Of a stretch of 50,881 nucleotides of DNA, positions 12,822 to 26,238 are shown piece after piece. The DNA is from Toensbergia leucococca (Eukaryota), in assembly GCA_022813965.1 (NCBI GenBank), contig JALDZS010000169.1, positions 1 to 50,881 on the forward strand, in the 5' to 3' direction. Under the pieces are notes generated by a model, which searched no databases, was not told the DNA's origin, and saw only the letters and a program-made list of their open reading frames with translations. Numbering within the stretch: the first letter of the stretch is position 1; each line of letters begins with the position of its first letter. The translations under genes and the position numbers were made by a program.

Positions 12822-14254
12822 GCGATTTGCCTTCAGCTAGATGATTGCAGGATCTATTAAATCTGCAAATGGCTGTCGATGAGGAAGTTGGCTGCCTGAT
12901 CATAAGAGATGACGGAGGGTGACGACAAACACAGAGCCGGAGGATCTGCTCCGTCATCAACGCTAGAATGCTCTTTGCAGCAATATGGGAAAGTAAGGGA
13001 CTTCGAGTAAGGGTGAGTAGTGAGCCATGTTGTCTAAAATTCTCTGCTTTTTTTTTGAGTCCAGTGGGCTGGAAGTAGCCCTTGGGATATCGTAGGCATA
13101 GTACGATTGATTAAATTAGGTAGCATTTCGAAAATGAAGAGTGATGATGATGAATCCCCCTCGGCTTATTATTAGTAGGATAGAGTAATGTTAGCCGAGT
13201 CAGAATTTGCAACTAGCAGGCAAGGGAGTTACATTATTAAACAACCCCTTCCCTTCCCTAAGAAAATATCGTTCTCTCAATGGAGTAACCTCTTTTCACG
13301 ATCCCAACAACAACCCTTCCCTCTCCTCCGCCATTAGTCCTGTCGAACCTCTCCTCTTCACTATTTTCCCGCAACACCCGTCTCATCACCCACGCCTGTA
13401 ACCAGAATCAAGAGAGATCCTCGACACAGTCTTTCCGACAGCTCCTTTTTAACGATACCTCCTATTCAATCCGCCTTCCATCTAACGCTGTGCTTGACCT
13501 GCAACTTCTTCTCTTGCTGAAACACTCGTCCTGTAACAATTCGCAAGACACTGCACTCAAGAGGCATACCATCATTAGGATTAGGCACGTCAAAACACTC
13601 GACAGCCGCCCGATGAATGTTAGTCGCTGTCATCTTTCTCTCTGGATCCGTCCATAAGACGCTGCTCTTCTTCCATGGCTTTGCACTCATAGACTCTCTC
13701 ATCTCTGTGAAACTACGGGCCATCTAGAATTCCACCTCTCTGAACAACACAGAACCAAACGAGCTTTTCACTAAGACTTGTGGTTCTCTCGATTTCGTTC
13801 ATCCAAAACCTCCCTCCACGAATCCACTCTGCTACAGATTTCGGGTTCACGACTCTTTGCAGGAAAATTCAATACTGCACCTCACCTTTCCTTCTGTTTA
13901 ATTGTCTGATTGTTTAAGCGATCTTGCACTTCAGCGTAACGACCTTCCTTTCCGGTACGATTCTCGCCTACGATCGTCCAAATTAAAAGCGCTGTACTTC
14001 GTGCTGGCAGAACAATATTCTCACTCTGTCCATGACATAGCATTCGCCTTTGAGAGTTTCGAGGCCTTTAAGAGGGCCTCGTTCGTTCGAGCCCCTCAAA
14101 CCACTTCTTTAGAGCACAAAACACCGAAGGTAAGCAACCGACTATCTGGGAGGTCGCTCGGAAAATTCAAGACGCCACAGGAAATTACTCCTTTACAGTG
14201 CAAGCCTCGTCGCTTCTCGCGCTTTCTTTAGTCGCCCAGACAATTTTCAAAATC

Positions 14255-15709
14255 ATGCCATCTTTCTACTCAAACCCTTTATCTCGCCAGATGCCCTTGA
14301 CCCCACCAGAAAATTACGGAGCGTATCCAGAGATCCCTTGCGGGTTGAGCTTGCAGCATGCTACGATGCCCCCAATAAGCCACAACTCCATGTCGCGTCG
14401 GTTTGATATGGGTGGTCTCGATGGCTTTGAGTTCGCGAAGCAATATTCTCAGTTTTCAGTAGCTCCACCATCTCGCTCAGCTTATTCCAAAGAACATGAT
14501 AAGCAGCTAGCTTCGAATCACATTGCTCCCTTGGCGCACTATGGAAATGCTTGCGGCACCAACGCTGCGCCAGTCCTTCCGCCAATTCGAATACCAGAGC
14601 AGTCTCTGGATAACTACCGGCAGCTTCGACCGAGAAACACCCCGTCTGCGCCGCAGCTCAAGGAGGAGAAAGCAGCCGGCGGCGTCGCTGCACATCTCGA
14701 CTACGAGATGGATCAAATGGCCGATTTCGTGTCCGAGATGGCACAGGGAATGTATGATCTCTATGAATCTAGAATCTGCCTTGCAGATATTGACATCATT
14801 CGAAGTGTTCACCCAAACTCCTCGGTCCCAATAGCCTTTCGCAAATATGTTCTGCAGGTCTTGTCTTCGACCCGTCTGCCAAGTTCAACCATCCTCCTTG
14901 GGCTATACTATCTGGCCACGCGAATGATCATGCTATCTACCAGTGGCAGGTATACTGCTGGTAGTGGCCAGGTTTACCGTATGCTCACTACATCGCTTTT
15001 ACTTGGCTCTAAATTCTTAGATGACAACACGTTTCAAAACCGGTCCTGGTCCGAAGTCAGCAACATTCCTATAAGCGAATTGAATGTACTGGAGATTGAA
15101 TGGCTCCTGGCAATTAATTGGGACATGCACATTGACTTCGACGATAAACAAGGATTTGTCTTATGGCATAAGCATTGGGAAAGATGGCAGGCTAAGAAAG
15201 TCGAAACTTCAATGGACTCGCTAAAGTTGACACCGTTGGATGCCAACGTTCAAAGGCAAAGATCTATGCGCAAATCCTTTTCCCCGACTCCGCTTTACCA
15301 AACTTCTTGCATCGATCTGACATTTGGTGTCGGAGCTAAGGAAAGCCTGCCCCTGCAATGGTCAACCCCCCGCTTCGATTCGTGGCCACCCATCCGACGC
15401 ATTACGGAAAATTCGCCATCATCAGCTCCGGATACTGGGCCTAACACACCGGATTGGTTTGGAAGAATTGATGGGCTTGGTTACGGTCATGCTCCTCCAC
15501 CAACGTTCTCTGCAAGGACCATACCCCCTCCGGCACAGATCTCGCAGCATTTGCGTCAGAAAACGGTTTACAACACGACTTATCCTCATCAATATTCTCC
15601 AAGCAGTTGGAATGGTCATGGGGATAGCTGCGGCTGCGGATACTGTGTGCCTCATCATGATCGCTATTTTATGGCACCCGGATTTGGTCCTCAATCTGTC
15701 GCGGGTTAG
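14255..15709 (+). CDS. Pho85-type cyclin-like protein (Clg1/ClgA/Mug80 family)
   Basis: GGVAAHLDYEMDQMADFV, FRKYVLQVLSSTRLPSSTILLGLYYL, LLLGSKFLDDNTFQNRSWSEVS match the Pcl/Clg1 cyclin box; C-terminal HGDSCGCGYC. Probable 5'UTR intron 14130-14198. Confidence 0.88.
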   Translation: MPSFYSNPLSRQMPLTPPENYGAYPEIPCGLSLQHATMPPISHNSMSRRFDMGGLDGFEFAKQYSQFSVAPPSRSAYSKEHDKQLASNHIAPLAHYGNACGTNAAPVLPPIRIPEQSLDNYRQLRPRNTPSAPQLKEEKAAGGVAAHLDYEMDQMADFVSEMAQGMYDLYESRICLADIDIIRSVHPNSSVPIAFRKYVLQVLSSTRLPSSTILLGLYYLATRMIMLSTSGRYTAGSGQVYRMLTTSLLLGSKFLDDNTFQNRSWSEVSNIPISELNVLEIEWLLAINWDMHIDFDDKQGFVLWHKHWERWQAKKVETSMDSLKLTPLDANVQRQRSMRKSFSPTPLYQTSCIDLTFGVGAKESLPLQWSTPRFDSWPPIRRITENSPSSAPDTGPNTPDWFGRIDGLGYGHAPPPTFSARTIPPPAQISQHLRQKTVYNTTYPHQYSPSSWNGHGDSCGCGYCVPHHDRYFMAPGFGPQSVAG

Positions 15710-16880
15710 AGCAAGAAACTGCGTTGCTGGCTAGGTAAAATCTCCACGCAGCCTGACTTGATCTCATTATTCGGATACATCCAAAAGTATTTTTTCTGGC
15801 TTTGCCAGTTTCTTACCCTACCACATGTTTCTCGACAGCTCTTCACCGTTCCGTTTCCAAGTAATGCTGTTCAACTTGATAGGACATGCATGAGCTTGAA
15901 TGGCCGATGAATTCGTACAATCCACACTTTGCTAGCCGGCTAGTCTCTCGACACAAGCTCCCACACCCAACAATCTAACCTGCTATGGGCTCTAGCTACG
16001 ACTTACCTTTCTTGTTTTTAATCTTCGAAGAATTAGTTCAAGTTACGACGTCTTTCCATTCTAGTCGGTGTGGGCATAGATTTCATTTTGGGACTTTACA
16101 TATCAGTGAGCGTTTTTTACGTAGCATAGGGCGTTCTCCGGCGGTGCCTTGACATTCTAAATCTTTGACTCAGAGAACCATACCATCTCACATCTTACGC
16201 CAGGGTCTTCTTGGCTTGGCTTAGCCTAAGGTGGATTACTCTCGTTAAAGCTCATTTTCAATTTTCAAAATGGTGGGAAAGAAGACTAGGCTATCTTCTT
16301 TTTGCGTTTGTTAAGACAGATTGGTGTTAGGCTGGTGACCTGGTTTTCCATTGCACTCGCGAGCATGTATTTAGGTTGTTGGTGGACTTGGGGCGAAAAG
16401 TTAGGGAGACATTGGAGGCCCACAGGCCTGTGTACAGACAGGAGAACGCTTGTTCTTCCCGACACACTTTTTTGTGATGCATCCAATAAAAGTGTGGTGC
16501 CATCTCAGAATGATCGTGCGCAATCATTGAAGCCAGGCAGTCACGCAATAAGTGCCAGTCTTTGAGAAAGGCAGGAATTATTCAACCATGTTCCAGTGTA
16601 TATCCAATCAAAAAAGGCTCGGTCAAATCACCACCGTCTACATCACTTCCATGCGGATGTCGCTGTCGAACGACATAGGCAGCCACATCGATGCCGCAAT
16701 CACGCGAACCCCCTTGTTTCTGTTAACACGGCAACTCAACCTCGTTTAACTCTTTGATTTCTGTTTCACTTAGTTCATGGTATCCTTGTTTGAAGATTGA
16801 ATGGCAATCGTCTTCATCTGATTGTGTGTCTATGACGAGCGTCTTTTGTGAAGCACAAATGCAGGTGCTCGGACATTGAA

Positions 16881-18402
16881 TTAGCTGTAAAAGCTCGGGG
16901 TATTCTGCTTCTTGGACTGCACTTCGGCGATCGCATCGACATAATGCTCATGTCCAATCTTCACCATTCCCTTCCTCAAGGCTATCATCCCTGCCTCCAC
17001 ACACACCGCTTTCAGTTGTGCACCCCCAAATTCGTCGGTGCTCCGGGCCAACTCCGGCCAATTCACTGCCTCATCCACCGTCATCTTCCGGCTGTGGATC
17101 TTCAAAATCTGTGCCCTCGCTTCTTCGTTTGGCAACGGAAACTCGATCTTGCGATCGAGTCGACCAGACCGTAGGAGTGCCGGGTCTAGGACGTCAACGC
17201 GGTTGGTAGCTGCAAGAACTTTAACTCTATCGTCGGACGCGAAACCATCGAGTTGATTTAATAGTTCCAGCATTGTGCGCTGTACCTCCCTGTCTCCGCT
17301 CTTCTCGCTATCAAAGCGTTTTGTGCCGACGGCATCAAGCTCATCGATGAAAATGATCGAGGGTGCCTTCTCTTTCGCAAGAGCAAAACAGTCCCGAACA
17401 AGCTTCGCACCGTCTCCAATGAACATTTGCACGAGTTGCGGACCAGCGAGCTTGAGGAAGGTGGCATCTGTTTGGGCGGCGCAGGCGCGGGCGAGAAGGG
17501 TTTTTCCCGTACCGGGCGGGCCATACATAAGTGCTCCTGATGCAGAGTAGCTTTAGTGAACGGAAAACTACTTCCCATCGCATATAGAAATACCTTTGGG
17601 TGCTTTGATGCCGATTTTCTTGAAGCGCTCTGCTTCCTTCATGGGCCAAACAACAGCTTCAACAAGCTCTTCTATTTGTTTGTCTAGACCACCAACATCG
17701 GTATACTTTTCCGTAGGCTTCTCATCGACCTCCATCGCCTTAACTCTGCTGTCGTACTCTGCTGGTAATGTGTCGAGGACAAGGTATGAGTCTTTGTTCA
17801 CACCAATGAGATCGCCGGGCTTGAGTTTTTCGTGATCCACGAGACCAATGAGAGGAAGGAATATGGTCTGTCGTGTTGATGTTTTTATGACTGCGGATTT
17901 TCCAACTCGGGTAGCGTCGAGGTCTATGTTTGCACCTTCTTCAGCAGCTTCCTTCTCCACATCGAGATCTAATAGCTCCACAACGTTCCCGACTAGGTAG
18001 GGTAGCTGTCTATGTAGGCGAGCCAAAGTCAGTGGTAGCAACAAAAGACGCCACGTGCATGAAGACAACCTACCTATTATTTTCAATCTTATCCAGATTG
18101 TCCTTGATTTTTTCCTTCATTGCGGATTGCTCATGTGTTAAGCGCTGATACTCGCTCTTCATAATTCTCATATCGTTATCGAGTAGACGCCGCCTCATGA
18201 TAATATCTCTCGTGCTCGAATGTAAAATCTCAGTGTCTATCAAATCCTCCTCCTTTTCTTCTGCATCCTTCTTCTCCCCGTTGGCATCCTTCATCTCAGC
18301 GTCTCCATTTTGATCTGGCTGCTTCCCGTCTTTGTCAGCCTCGTCCTTCTTTTCATCCTTCCCTTCACGCTCCATATCATCGAGATCCTCGAGGGTCGAC
18401 AT
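16881..18402 (-). CDS. RPT5: 26S proteasome regulatory AAA-ATPase subunit 6A, 3 exons
   Basis: Introns 18073-18010 and 17593-17537. [11 protein letters not shown], Walker A GPPGTGKT, Walker [26 protein letters not shown]-terminal HbYX-like FYS. Confidence 0.97.
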
Positions 18403-19306
18403 AGCGGTAGGAATGAGTTGAGAGTCTGTGGTCCAAATTCACTGATATTCAAGTACAGTATGAAGCTTGAAGGGCGATAATAGACGAAGGTGACAGGGTT
18501 TGGAGGGTTGGTAGTCAACAGATGTACAGAGTAATTAAAGTACGGATACTCGTACAGCAGCTTATGTAACTTCATAGCACGGGTGTATATTACACTAAGG
18601 TCTTAGTCAATTGATGGATTACCGTATTATTTGGCAAAAAAGGCTATGGATACCTGGGTGCCTGGACGCCCCCCCACCCCCCACCCCTCAGGCGCAAGAT
18701 CATTGAGGATTTTGCACCATATTTTGCCTTAATTCCCCCACTACTTCTGCATGCTATCTACCTCACGATTCGCAGGAGGCTTTTTACCTAAGAGAGAAAA
18801 CATGCATTTGTGTTGAATTCTGACTCGATTGCCCTATTCTCGGGCATAAATTAACATCACAATTGCACCCGACTCCCTACCTCTATTACTCTTCTACTTA
18901 CGTGTTATCTAGAAGCAAGACTACCTAGGGTAGACTTTTTGCTATCACATAGAAACTATGCAACAGTACATGAGGTATACGATGGGTCATCGAGCTAAAT
19001 TCAAAGTGCGTCGGTCTTGAGTGCCAAGCAACTGATGGATACGCTAAATGCAATATCGTCAAATGTTAGTTGATGCCATCAGGTCAAACCTTGTAAGAGA
19101 CCTTGACACTTTTTGGCAGTACCGTTAATTGAGCTGAGTACTATACGAGCACTGATCCCTTAACGAAAGAATATATTCACTTCTATCAAATCTTACATGA
19201 CTCATCAATGTCAATAAATTTTCATAACCTTATATTTAAGAAGTCACTTCTCTCATTCAAAATCATTGCACTGTTGCCGTTCTTCTTTGAGCCTCTGATA
19301 TTGACC

Positions 19307-19925
19307 ATGTCTTCAACACACGGTCCTGTCTTTTTTTGGAGGGAATGTGAACGTCCTTATGGTTTTCTCTCTCAATGGTACCCCTCTGCATTCACCGTCT
19401 CCTCTTCCTCTCCCAATGGCCAACCAATCACAATCTCGACCACCGAGCAATACATGATGTACCACAAAGCTATGCTCTTTGGCGACACCCAGACCGCTGA
19501 GAAGATCGTTCTTGCCACAGCTCCTGCCGCACAAAAATCCTTGGGTAGGCAGGTTAAATGCTTGCGCGAAGATGTGTGGGACCTGAACAAGGAAAAAATT
19601 GTCGAGGAGGGTAATTGGAACAAGTTTCGTGATGCGGAGGATAATACTGGGTTGAGGCGAATGCTGTTGGGAACAGGAGATAGAGAATTGGTTGAGGTGT
19701 GCTCTCACTCTATCCAAACAAGTACTCGTATCGTGATATGATCATCGTTTCGCTGATGAAACGGCTCCTTAGGCATCGCCTGGTGATAAAGTATGGGGCA
19801 TTGGCTACAAAGCCCACGACGCTGAAGCTAACCGAGACAAATGGGGAGGAAACTTATTGGGCAAAGCGTTGATGAGAGTGAGAAGTCGATTGCAAGAGTT
19901 GGATGGGCCGAAGTGCAACTTTTAG
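19307..19925 (+). CDS. NADAR (YbiA-like) family protein, 2 exons
   Basis: FLSQWYPSAF, EQYMMYHKAMLFGD, QKSLGRQV. Intron 19697-19772 joins LVE|ASPGDKVWGIG...WGGNLLGKALMRVR, stop TAG at 19923-19925. Confidence 0.9.
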
Positions 19926-20375
19926 AGGCCCGTTTGCTTAACTTTTAAAGGGTTCAAGGAGCCCAAACTCGTTGATTATACATCTGTCCCGTCCCCCATG
20001 ACGCAAACACTAAAATTAATCACCGTGTGGGGATGGCAAGCAAGGCATGGGCGGGGAAGATAATACAGAAAGACAATACATCAAATGAAAACCTATTCCC
20101 TGTACAATGAGTGAGTGCTTGTCCTTACAGGCGCGTTAGGTACCAAGGATTACTTTGCGTTAAGGAGGGTTGAACTGCTCATGGTGACGAACATCCAATT
20201 CGTAGTATCTATCAGGAAGGGTCATTGCAACGTGGAATTCATTGAAGGCCAGCTTCAACAGCCAGCTACATTCGCCGTGCAATGCTTATCATGCACGCTT
20301 GGAGGATGACTTTGACCACGATGTGGGAATTCTGGGAGACCTGCCATCAACTTAACGTACAAGAGCGATGTCCCA

Positions 20376-21730
<1,355 letters not shown>

Positions 21731-22657
21731 GGTCAACGCACTCAGCACTGAAGCTCAATCAGGTCACTAGGAGCGCGTGAGGATGGAAATGCGAATTCAG
21801 AACGTGAAATCCATACTTGAGATGTCGAGTCTTGTCAAGGTTGACAGGCAGTGAAGGATTTCGAGGATAAATTGTGAAGAAACTTCTTTTAGCGAAGACC
21901 CTGAAACCCTGAAGTTCGAACCATCATTTGCTGCGAAAAGGCGGTGGGTATCTGTACCGCAGTGATAAATTGTGTATTACGCGTTTCCACCTTCTTTCAA
22001 AGAAACTAATAATTATAGTGCGATTGCTCAATCATGAACTCTATCACGGATTCTATCGAGAGAGCGTACGAGTAATCGGCCGTCATGCCGGCGACGAGAT
22101 CCAGCTGTACGTGCTGCTGGCTACGAACCTGTTATTACTGCTTGCAGTATTCAGCAGAGCCTAGATATCTCTACGAAGATCAGGTCTATCTACGCGTAGA
22201 TAGCTTTATAGACATGGCTTCGGAAGCTCATTGTACAATGGTCAACCTCCACAGAGATCAGGTCTTCCCTTATACTCAATTACCTGAGTGTGTGCAGTCG
22301 TGGACGGACTTTTAGCCGTAAACAACTCACAGACTCGCAAATTCTTCACCTTACCTAAGGTTTTCTTGCACATATGTATCTTACTTGCTGTAGCCTTACG
22401 CTGCACGCAGAAATGGCGAAATACATAATAATGGTAAAAATCGGCCGTTATTGCTGTTCTGCGCCATTCTACAATTTTAATTTTCTAGCTTACCTCTTTC
22501 AATTCAATGCTTGGATGGGAAAAGCCACTGCGTTTACAATGGCTAGCTGAACATTCTAGATATTTCGTACTCGTAAGAGATCGTAAGTAATCAGCTTCGA
22601 TGAGTGTTGGAAAATTGTTGATTCATATTAATAAATAAGGCTCAACTGTCTATTCCG

Positions 22658-22753
22658 GGGCTTGTGGCTCAGTGGTAGAGCATCCGCTTTGCATTTAAGA
22701 TCGGTACGATCTCAATTTGCGGAAGGTCCAGGTTTCGATCACCTGCAAGTCCA
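22658..22753 (+). tRNA. tRNA-Ala(UGC) with a 24-nt intron (22694-22717)
   Basis: Acceptor stem GGGCTTG/CAAGTCC with G3:U70 (Ala identity); D arm GCTC-AGTGGTA-GAGC; anticodon stem TCCGC/GCGGA with TT-TGC-A; T arm CAGGT-TTCGATC-ACCTG. Intron at the canonical 37/38 position. Confidence 0.95.
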
Positions 22754-23859
22754 GAGTTTGCAGTTAATCCATAAAATTGATTTTTGATGGTCACATTATT
22801 TATCGCAGGCCTCTCATGAACATGAAAGCAAATACATATACAAATGATCAATAAAACTTACATTTCTTACGCTTCTCTAGCCACCCACCGAGTGCCACTC
22901 TGCCTACTTGTGAGTACCCACAATCCATGAATACAGGAATTAGTCGAAAAATGTATTGCACTTCTACGTGAGTTTTGCTAGACGGTGTACGCTGTGTGGA
23001 TATAGCCATGACAAAAGAGTCGTCATTTGACTTATTGTGGATTATTAGAAAAGATAGCGTAGACAGAGAGTGTAACGCTCAAATCTCCTAAAATGATTTG
23101 TAAAAGTTTCGCTGCCCGAAACGTTCTGTCGCCCCGCTGCCGGATACCCACAAAATTTGAGATGGAATGGGTTTGTAAGATGCCTATGAAAAGTATGAAT
23201 CAGCGTATTCTTGAGTGGCAAGTCTCCACGCCGATCAGATCAAAGCAAGGAAGCGCATTCGAACTCGAATCTAGTGCATCTAATATGAAGCGAGACCTAA
23301 TCTCAATGGTTCTCTAAAAAAGTGAGGAATGAATGACCGAGAGATCCACGCTTGGACGAACTTTCCAAGGTATCTAATGGAAGGCACTGAATCTGGTCTA
23401 CAGAGTAGCCTGCTTATGGCAGAAATGCCGTTGTCGAGACTACAATAGCAACAAGAGCAACATCAGTATGGAAACGAAGGATACTGTGGGTGAGTGCTCA
23501 CGTATGAACGTTTGACCCATCATGAAAAGGTGAAGTCTGACAAGCTGGCCTGAAAGGTAGGTGAGAGTACAGATTCCTCAATTGAGCATTTCCTCAGTCA
23601 TGCTGATCTTGAATGTTTATAGATAATTCTTCACCTTGCGGAGACCTGCGCGTGTTTTCGTTCGTTCTACCCTTTTCCAATTGATTCAACCCGATTTGAT
23701 CTGACATGCTGAAAGTAGAATATGATTTCATCACACGTCGGGTCTCGTCACAAATAGTGGACCCCTTGAATCCCAATGCCTCGAACTTCCGTTGCTGCCT
23801 TATCGCCTCTTTAGAGCTCTAGATGCTCGTGTTCCATTGACTGACGTTTTTTCTTTTCA

Positions 23860-25971
23860 CTAAATTTCATTACCGCCCTCATTATGAGAATCTGCTTCAA
23901 ATTGGAAGTTTTGTGGCGGAAAAAATGACTCTGTCATACCAATCGAGTTTTCTATGGGACGTTCAAAGTTGGAGGACGATATGCCTGGCCTAGGGTTGTC
24001 AAAGAACGCCAACGACCCAGTGCTCCAATCGTTGCCTGTGACGCTTTGAATAAGATCTCGCTTCGTCCCCTCTGATCTTAACACCTCTTCACCCCACGAT
24101 GTCGGCGATGAACCTGTAGCCCTTAGGTCCCCATATACCCCTATAGAAGCCTGGTTTCCAAGAGGAGCTGATATCGTTCTTGCAAGCTGGGTGGCAAGAC
24201 GCAAGCCAGATTTTCCCATTCCTACGAGGACACCAATACACCATGCCGATTCAGGCCCAGCTCGATTTCGGAAAACTTGATGAGCCACCCATAGAGCAGA
24301 GAGTGTTGACGAAGTACCCAACCCTCCCATCTCTTCTTGATGACAGTAGCCGATGGACTCGCAGATGTATCTTGAAAGTTTGTCAATCTGGTCCTTCAGC
24401 TTTCTGTTTGAGTGCTGGGCAGTCATGCTCAGCAGGCGAGACTCATCCTTTAACAATGTGAACGACCGTTGGCCTGTTAGCGCTGACTCAAGCTTTTCGT
24501 CGATCTGGAGAATTGATTGGTAGATAAGTATCAGTGTAGACCAGTATCTGAGGTGAACCAAAGCTACAGATAAGTTGGCAAAATGAAATGCTGTTGGGAA
24601 GATACTAGAAGAACCATCTCCAAAAGGCGTATTTGGTGACGATGTCGACTCGGCCCACAATAATGGTTCGGATATTTGCTTTTCTAATAGAGCGTACCAT
24701 TCTTGAAGATTGCGTTCTAGGATGTAGCTTAGATGTAGAAGATTTGTTCCCGCAGCCTGAACTTCATGAGGAATTGAGAGCTGCTGAAGAGAGTCTGAGT
24801 GTTCTAGAAGATATGGGAGCTCCGACGCTAAATTTAGAAGAACATCATAGAGAGCAGCTTGAGGATTTGCGGAAAGTGGAGGTCGCCAACGCGGATCGGC
24901 CAAGAAAGTGGACTTACGTCTTCCGATAGAATCATCAATCTGCAAACGAATTAGCATTACATTGATGAAGTAATGCACTATACGAATAAACAGTTGAAAT
25001 TTCACCAATCTAGGAGCTTCCGAAGATTGACTAGATAGCGCTGAAAATGGCTATATGTAATGTATATTGACTTACAGCCGAGATGCGAAATCTGCGGAAG
25101 AGTTGTTGGCCGAGCGGTGATCGGATGATTGATGGGCCTCTCGTTTGTATGACATATGAACCGCCGTCGACATGGCTTGTCCACCCGTCTATCTGCTTTC
25201 CTGAGCATTCATGTGCCTTGTTTTATTATTTTAGTAGAGATTAGGATTTCTAGATGAAGGTATGGGGAAAGTACCTCATACATGGCTAGTACACTGGTAG
25301 TAGCAAGTGTTGTATATTGATTCTTCCAGCTTGGATGTAGCAGTTCATTACGAAGCTCTTTCATTGCTCGGCCGTATACCGCTATACTCTCATTCACGAG
25401 TCTCCCGTCCCCTCTCTGGTTTCCAACGCCTAACATTGATAATGCACGCGATGCGTTGTCGAGAGCATCGCTGGTTCCGAGCATGTTGGGCAGAACCTGT
25501 AGTACGGAGGTAAATCTCCCAGCAGACAGCTCCTTTGGGACACGTGGTAAGTATAGCCTAGTGTACAGTGCAAGAAATTGCTCGCTATATGCAGAACCGG
25601 CAGCTGGAGATTGCAAAAGACTGGTAGGCAGCATATGTGGCGGAGATCTTAGGAGTGCTGTTGACTCGATCGAGTTGCGAGTAGTCGCTTTTCGAGACTG
25701 CCTATTCCGGGTTTTCTCAAGTGAAGTACTCGGAGATGAACCTTCGAAGCACTGATCTCCAGAAGATACCGGAGTGAAAGTCCGATCCCTCCCATAACCG
25801 CCACAGATGTGTCCATTACTGCAGCATCGATTACACAATGGTCGTTGTAAGTCACACTTATTGCGTGTGTAAGTTAGAAGAGATTCAAGCCAGATGGTGG
25901 AAGGCACGACTTGCCTTAACCTTCCTCTTCCGACAGGTATTGCAGCCATGTGGCCTCGCAGGAGCTGTCAT
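23860..25971 (-). CDS. Zn(II)2Cys6 fungal transcription factor, about 4 exons
   Basis: Exon 1 MTAPARPHGCNTCRKRKVK joined by a GC-AG intron (25914-25857) to CDLQRPLCNRCCSNGHICGGY completes the six-Cys cluster. Further introns 25274-25217 and 25075-24940. Middle homology region YGRAMKELR, LAMYE, GWTSHVDG, RGP, RRKSTFLA. Confidence 0.88.
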
Positions 25972-26193
25972 TGTGATGTATTGTCCGCAATATGAGAAAT
26001 GACGGAGAGACGGACGAAAATGCCCCGCAGAAGGACGTCCGTGGCCGAAGTATACATTATTAAAATGAACGATAGAGGTAGGTCCATCATCCCCAAAACG
26101 GCGAATCAGCCGTGCATATGTGTATATTTCCCCATAACGCGGCTAGTAGTAAAACGGATGAATAAGAATGCGTCAAGCAGGAAAGAAAGAAGG

Positions 26194-26238
26194 CTTGCGC
26201 CTGTTTCTTGCGCCTGTTTCTTGCGCCTGTTTCTTGCG
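26194..26238. repeat. 13-bp tandem repeat (CTTGCGCCTGTTT) x3.5
   Basis: Perfect units start at 26194, 26207 and 26220, with a partial unit at 26233. Confidence 0.95.

Noticed and set aside
18628..18642. TTTGGCAAAA upstream of RPT5 as an Rpn4/PACE-like site
   Set aside because: Only a partial match to GGTGGCAAA; too weak to call.
24940..25075. Unusually long (136-nt) third intron of the Zn2Cys6 gene as a possible stwintron or hidden micro-exon
   Set aside because: The internal AG/GT combinations I tried break the frame, while direct splicing gives a sensible protein.
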